Shown here: positions 26,721 to 29,579 of the stretch, one piece after another
Layout: every line of letters starts with the position of its first letter
How positions within the stretch are numbered: the first letter of the stretch is position 1
Assembly (NCBI GenBank): GCA_045863855.1
Contig: BTVV01000076.1
Coordinates: 1 to 29,579, forward strand
DNA length: 29,579 nt
DNA from: Planctomycetota bacterium
Lineage (GTDB): Bacteria > Planctomycetota > SZUA-567 > H5-PLA8
Direction of reading: 5' to 3'
Position numbers and translations under genes: made by a program
The notes under the pieces: generated by a model
Told to the model about the DNA's origin: nothing
Seen by the model: only the letters and a program-made list of their open reading frames with translations
Database searches by the model: none

Positions 26721-28379
26721 ATGAACCCGGTGAACGTCGCCGCGCACCTGCCGCTGCTGGCGCAAGGCCGGCCCCATGCGCCGGCGGTAATCTTGCAGCA
26801 GGGCATGCAGCGTTACCGTACACATTCGTTCGAAGAACTGAATCGATTGAGCGACGCGTACGCGGCGGGGCTGGAAGCCTACGGCGTCCGGCGCGGCATG
26901 CGCGCGGCGCTGATGGTCAAGCCCAGCCTCGAATTCTTCGGCCTGGTCTTCGCGCTTTTCAAAAGCGGCACCGTTCCGGTCCTGATCGATCCGGCCATCG
27001 GCGCGCGCAGCCTGAAGCACTGCCTCGAAGTGTCCGCGCCCGAAGCGTTCATCGGCATCTCCAAGGCGCATGCGGCGCGCGTGCTTTTCGGCTGGGGCAA
27101 GCGCTCGATCAAAAAGCTCGTCACCGCCGGCCCGCGGCTTTTTTGGGGCGGTCGCAGCCTGGCCGGCATACGCCGGGAAGGCGAGAGACGCCGCGCGTTC
27201 GCGATGCCCGCCGTCGATCCGGACGAGACGGCGGCGATTCTGTTCACCAGCGGGAGCACCGGAAGTCCCAAGGGCGCGGTCTATTCGCACGCGAATTTTT
27301 CCGCCCAAGTGGAAGCGCTGCGCGAGACGTATGCGATCGAGCCCGGCGAAGTGGACTTGGCGACGTTTCCGCTCTTTGCGCTCTTCGGCCCGGCGCTGGG
27401 CATGACGGCGCTGGTGCCCGACATGGACCCCACGCGCCCGGCGCGGGCCGATCCGGCGCGGCTCGTCGCGGCGATCCAGAAGTGGAACGCCACGAATTTG
27501 TTCGGTTCGCCCGCGCTGATCGACCGGCTGGCGCGGTACGGCGAAGCGCATGGCGTCAAGCTGCCGTCGCTCAAGCGCGCGCTCTCGGCCGGCGCACCGG
27601 TCCCGCCGGCCACCGTGCGGCGCTTTCAGAGCATGCTCGCGGAAGGCGTGCAGCTTTTCACGCCCTACGGCGCGACCGAGGCGCTGCCCGTCTGCAGCAT
27701 CGGCAGCGCCGAGATCCTCGGCGAGACCGCCGAGGCGACGCGGCAGGGGCACGGCATCTGCGTCGGACGGCCGGTGCGCGGGATGCAGGTGCGGATCGTG
27801 AAGATCAGCGACGAACCGATTGCCGCGTGGTCGGACGAGCTGCTTGCGCCGCCCGGCGCCGTCGGCGAGATCGCGGTCCAAGGCGCGGCGGTGACGCACG
27901 CCTACTTCAACCGCGCTGACGCGACGGCCTTGGCGAAGATTCCCGACCCGTACGGCGGCAGCTTCTGGCATCGCATGGGCGACCTGGGCCGCCTCGACGC
28001 TCAAGGCCGCGTGTGGATGTGCGGGCGCAAATCGCATCGCGTGGCGACGCCGGAGGGCGAACGGTACTCGGTGCCGTGCGAAGGGATCTTCAACGCGCAT
28101 CCGAGCGTCTTCCGCACGGCGCTGGTGGGTGTCGGCCCGCGTGGCGCGCAGCGCCCGGTGCTGTGCGTAGAACTCGAGCGCGAAGTTCCGGCGGATGCGG
28201 AGCGGATTCGCCGCGAACTGCTGGACCTGGGCGCGCAACACGAGCAGACGCGCGCGATTCGCGAGATCCTTTTTCATCCGGCGTTCCCCGTGGATATCCG
28301 GCATAACGCGAAGATCTTCCGCGAAAAGTTGGCCGAGTGGGCCGCCGAACGGCTGGGCGCCGGGAGCGCGCGAAGATGA
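26721..28379 (+). CDS. oleC: OleC, beta-lactone synthetase (AMP-forming ligase)
   Basis: FTSGSTGSPKG, TFPLFALF, TPYGATEALP, WHRMGDLG, CGRKSHRV, FPVDIRHNAKIFRE. Confidence 0.93.
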   Translation: MNPVNVAAHLPLLAQGRPHAPAVILQQGMQRYRTHSFEELNRLSDAYAAGLEAYGVRRGMRAALMVKPSLEFFGLVFALFKSGTVPVLIDPAIGARSLKHCLEVSAPEAFIGISKAHAARVLFGWGKRSIKKLVTAGPRLFWGGRSLAGIRREGERRRAFAMPAVDPDETAAILFTSGSTGSPKGAVYSHANFSAQVEALRETYAIEPGEVDLATFPLFALFGPALGMTALVPDMDPTRPARADPARLVAAIQKWNATNLFGSPALIDRLARYGEAHGVKLPSLKRALSAGAPVPPATVRRFQSMLAEGVQLFTPYGATEALPVCSIGSAEILGETAEATRQGHGICVGRPVRGMQVRIVKISDEPIAAWSDELLAPPGAVGEIAVQGAAVTHAYFNRADATALAKIPDPYGGSFWHRMGDLGRLDAQGRVWMCGRKSHRVATPEGERYSVPCEGIFNAHPSVFRTALVGVGPRGAQRPVLCVELEREVPADAERIRRELLDLGAQHEQTRAIREILFHPAFPVDIRHNAKIFREKLAEWAAERLGAGSARR

Positions 28380-29377
28380 AGGCGCTCGTCACCGGAGGCG
28401 GCGGATTTCTGGGCGGCGCGATCGTGCGCATGCTTGTATCGCGCGGGGACACGGTGCGAACCTTCTCGCGCGGCGCGTATCCGTGGCTGGCGGAGTTGGG
28501 CGTCGAGCAAGTGCGCGGCGAACTGGACGACGCCGCGGCGCTTCAACGCGCGGTGCACGGCTGCGAGATCGTCTTTCACGCCGCGGCCAAGCCCGGCATC
28601 TGGGGACCGTACGCCGAATACCACCGCGTGAACGTGACCGGCACCGAGCGCGTACTGGAGGTGTGCCGCTCCGAAGGCGTGCGCAAGCTGATCTTTACCG
28701 GCAGCCCCAGCGTCACCTTCGACGGCCGCGACCAGTGCGGTGTGGACGAGTCGGCGCCTTATCCGTGCCGCTGGCTGGCGCATTATCCGCACACCAAAGC
28801 GCTGGCCGAACAACGCGTGCTTGCGGCCAACGACCCGGACCTGGCCACGGTGAGCCTGCGGCCGCACCTGATTTGGGGGCCGCGCGACAACCATCTCGTC
28901 CCGCGCATCGTCGCGCGCGCGAAAGCCGGCAGCCTGCGCATCGTCGAGACGCCCGGCACGAAGGTCGATTCGGTCTACATCGACAACGCCGCCGAAGCGC
29001 ATCTGCTGGCCGCCGAGCGGTTGGAACCCGGCGCGGCGTGCGCGGGCCAGGCCTACTTCATCAGCAACGGCGAAGCGCTGCCGATGAGCGAACTGATCAA
29101 CGCGATCCTGGCCGCCGCGGGCCTGCCGCCCGTGACGCGGCGCGTCTCACCCGGAATGGCCTACGCCGCCGGCGCGATCTGCGAAGCGTGGTACGGCTTG
29201 TGGGGCAAAAAAGATGAGCCGCCGATGACGCGCTTCCTTGCCCGGCAGCTTTCGACCTCGCACTGGTTCCGTATCGAGCGGGCCCAACGCGATCTGGGCT
29301 ACGCACCGAAAGTAAGCATTGCGGAAGGCTTACAGCGCCTGAGCGCTTGGCTGGCCGAAGCCGGCGGCGATCAATAG
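28376..29377 (+). CDS. oleD: OleD, 2-alkyl-3-oxoalkanoate reductase (extended SDR, 3-beta-HSD-like)
   Basis: ATGA overlap with the oleC stop; VTGGGGFLG, FHAAAK, SPSV, YPHTK (YxxxK), LRPHLIWGP. Confidence 0.92.
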   Translation: MKALVTGGGGFLGGAIVRMLVSRGDTVRTFSRGAYPWLAELGVEQVRGELDDAAALQRAVHGCEIVFHAAAKPGIWGPYAEYHRVNVTGTERVLEVCRSEGVRKLIFTGSPSVTFDGRDQCGVDESAPYPCRWLAHYPHTKALAEQRVLAANDPDLATVSLRPHLIWGPRDNHLVPRIVARAKAGSLRIVETPGTKVDSVYIDNAAEAHLLAAERLEPGAACAGQAYFISNGEALPMSELINAILAAAGLPPVTRRVSPGMAYAAGAICEAWYGLWGKKDEPPMTRFLARQLSTSHWFRIERAQRDLGYAPKVSIAEGLQRLSAWLAEAGGDQ

Positions 29378-29436
29378 CAGCCCCGTTAAGCGGCATGCCG
29401 GCGTATTCGGCGGTCGAGAAGGAAATTAAAGTAAGG

Positions 29437-29513
29437 TGGTAGCGGGGGAGGGATTTGAACCCCCGACCCCAGGATTATGATTCCCGTGCTCTAACCAACT
29501 GAGCTACCCCGCC
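29437..29513 (-). tRNA. tRNA-Met(CAT), elongator type, with encoded CCA
   Basis: The reverse complement GGCGGGGTAGCTCAGTTGGTTAGAGCACGGGAATCATAATCCTGGGGTCGGGGGTTCAAATCCCTCCCCCGCTACCA folds into a 77-nt cloverleaf. It has G1:U72 and A73, and lacks the initiator's C1:A72 mismatch and three consecutive G-C anticodon-stem pairs. Confidence 0.95.
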
Positions 29514-29579
29514 ACGGCGCGCTTCTGAAGAATCCCGAGGCCAGATTTCCAAGGCCGAACTCCCCAAGCGAGCGCGGCG

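Noticed and set aside
29437..29513. tRNA-Ile2 or initiator tRNA-fMet identity for the CAT tRNA
   Set aside because: It lacks the fMet C1:A72 mismatch and GGG/CCC anticodon stem, and its acceptor stem (GGCGGGG/CCCCGCT) matches elongator Met rather than TilS-type Ile2.
1..29579. CRISPR array, integrase or transposase
   Set aside because: No regularly spaced direct repeats and no recombinase or transposase motifs were seen.

Overview
High-GC bacterial window. A PVC/Planctomycetota-like origin is my inference only. The left third (1-9549) holds a 5'-truncated ChrA chromate transporter, two stacked palindromic non-coding elements (a REP-doublet-like hairpin and a MITE-like element with 23-bp terminal inverted repeats), a solo ORF6N-domain gene, a PAS-PAS hybrid histidine kinase, a one-cysteine DksA/TraR-family regulator and a GldAFG-like ABC transporter operon with a DUF4340-like gene. 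The remaining ~19.4 kb (9981-29377, + strand) is one co-oriented secondary-lipid cluster. It has a Pfa-type iterative PUFA synthase (PfaD enoyl reductase; KS-AT-ACPx2-KR-DH; KS-CLF-AT-FabA-like DH) directly followed by a complete oleABCD head-to-head olefin pathway, so the predicted product is a long-chain polyunsaturated hydrocarbon. No PPTase, thioesterase or AGPAT is present in the window. The cluster ends 60 bp from the 3' end of a convergent elongator tRNA-Met(CAT).
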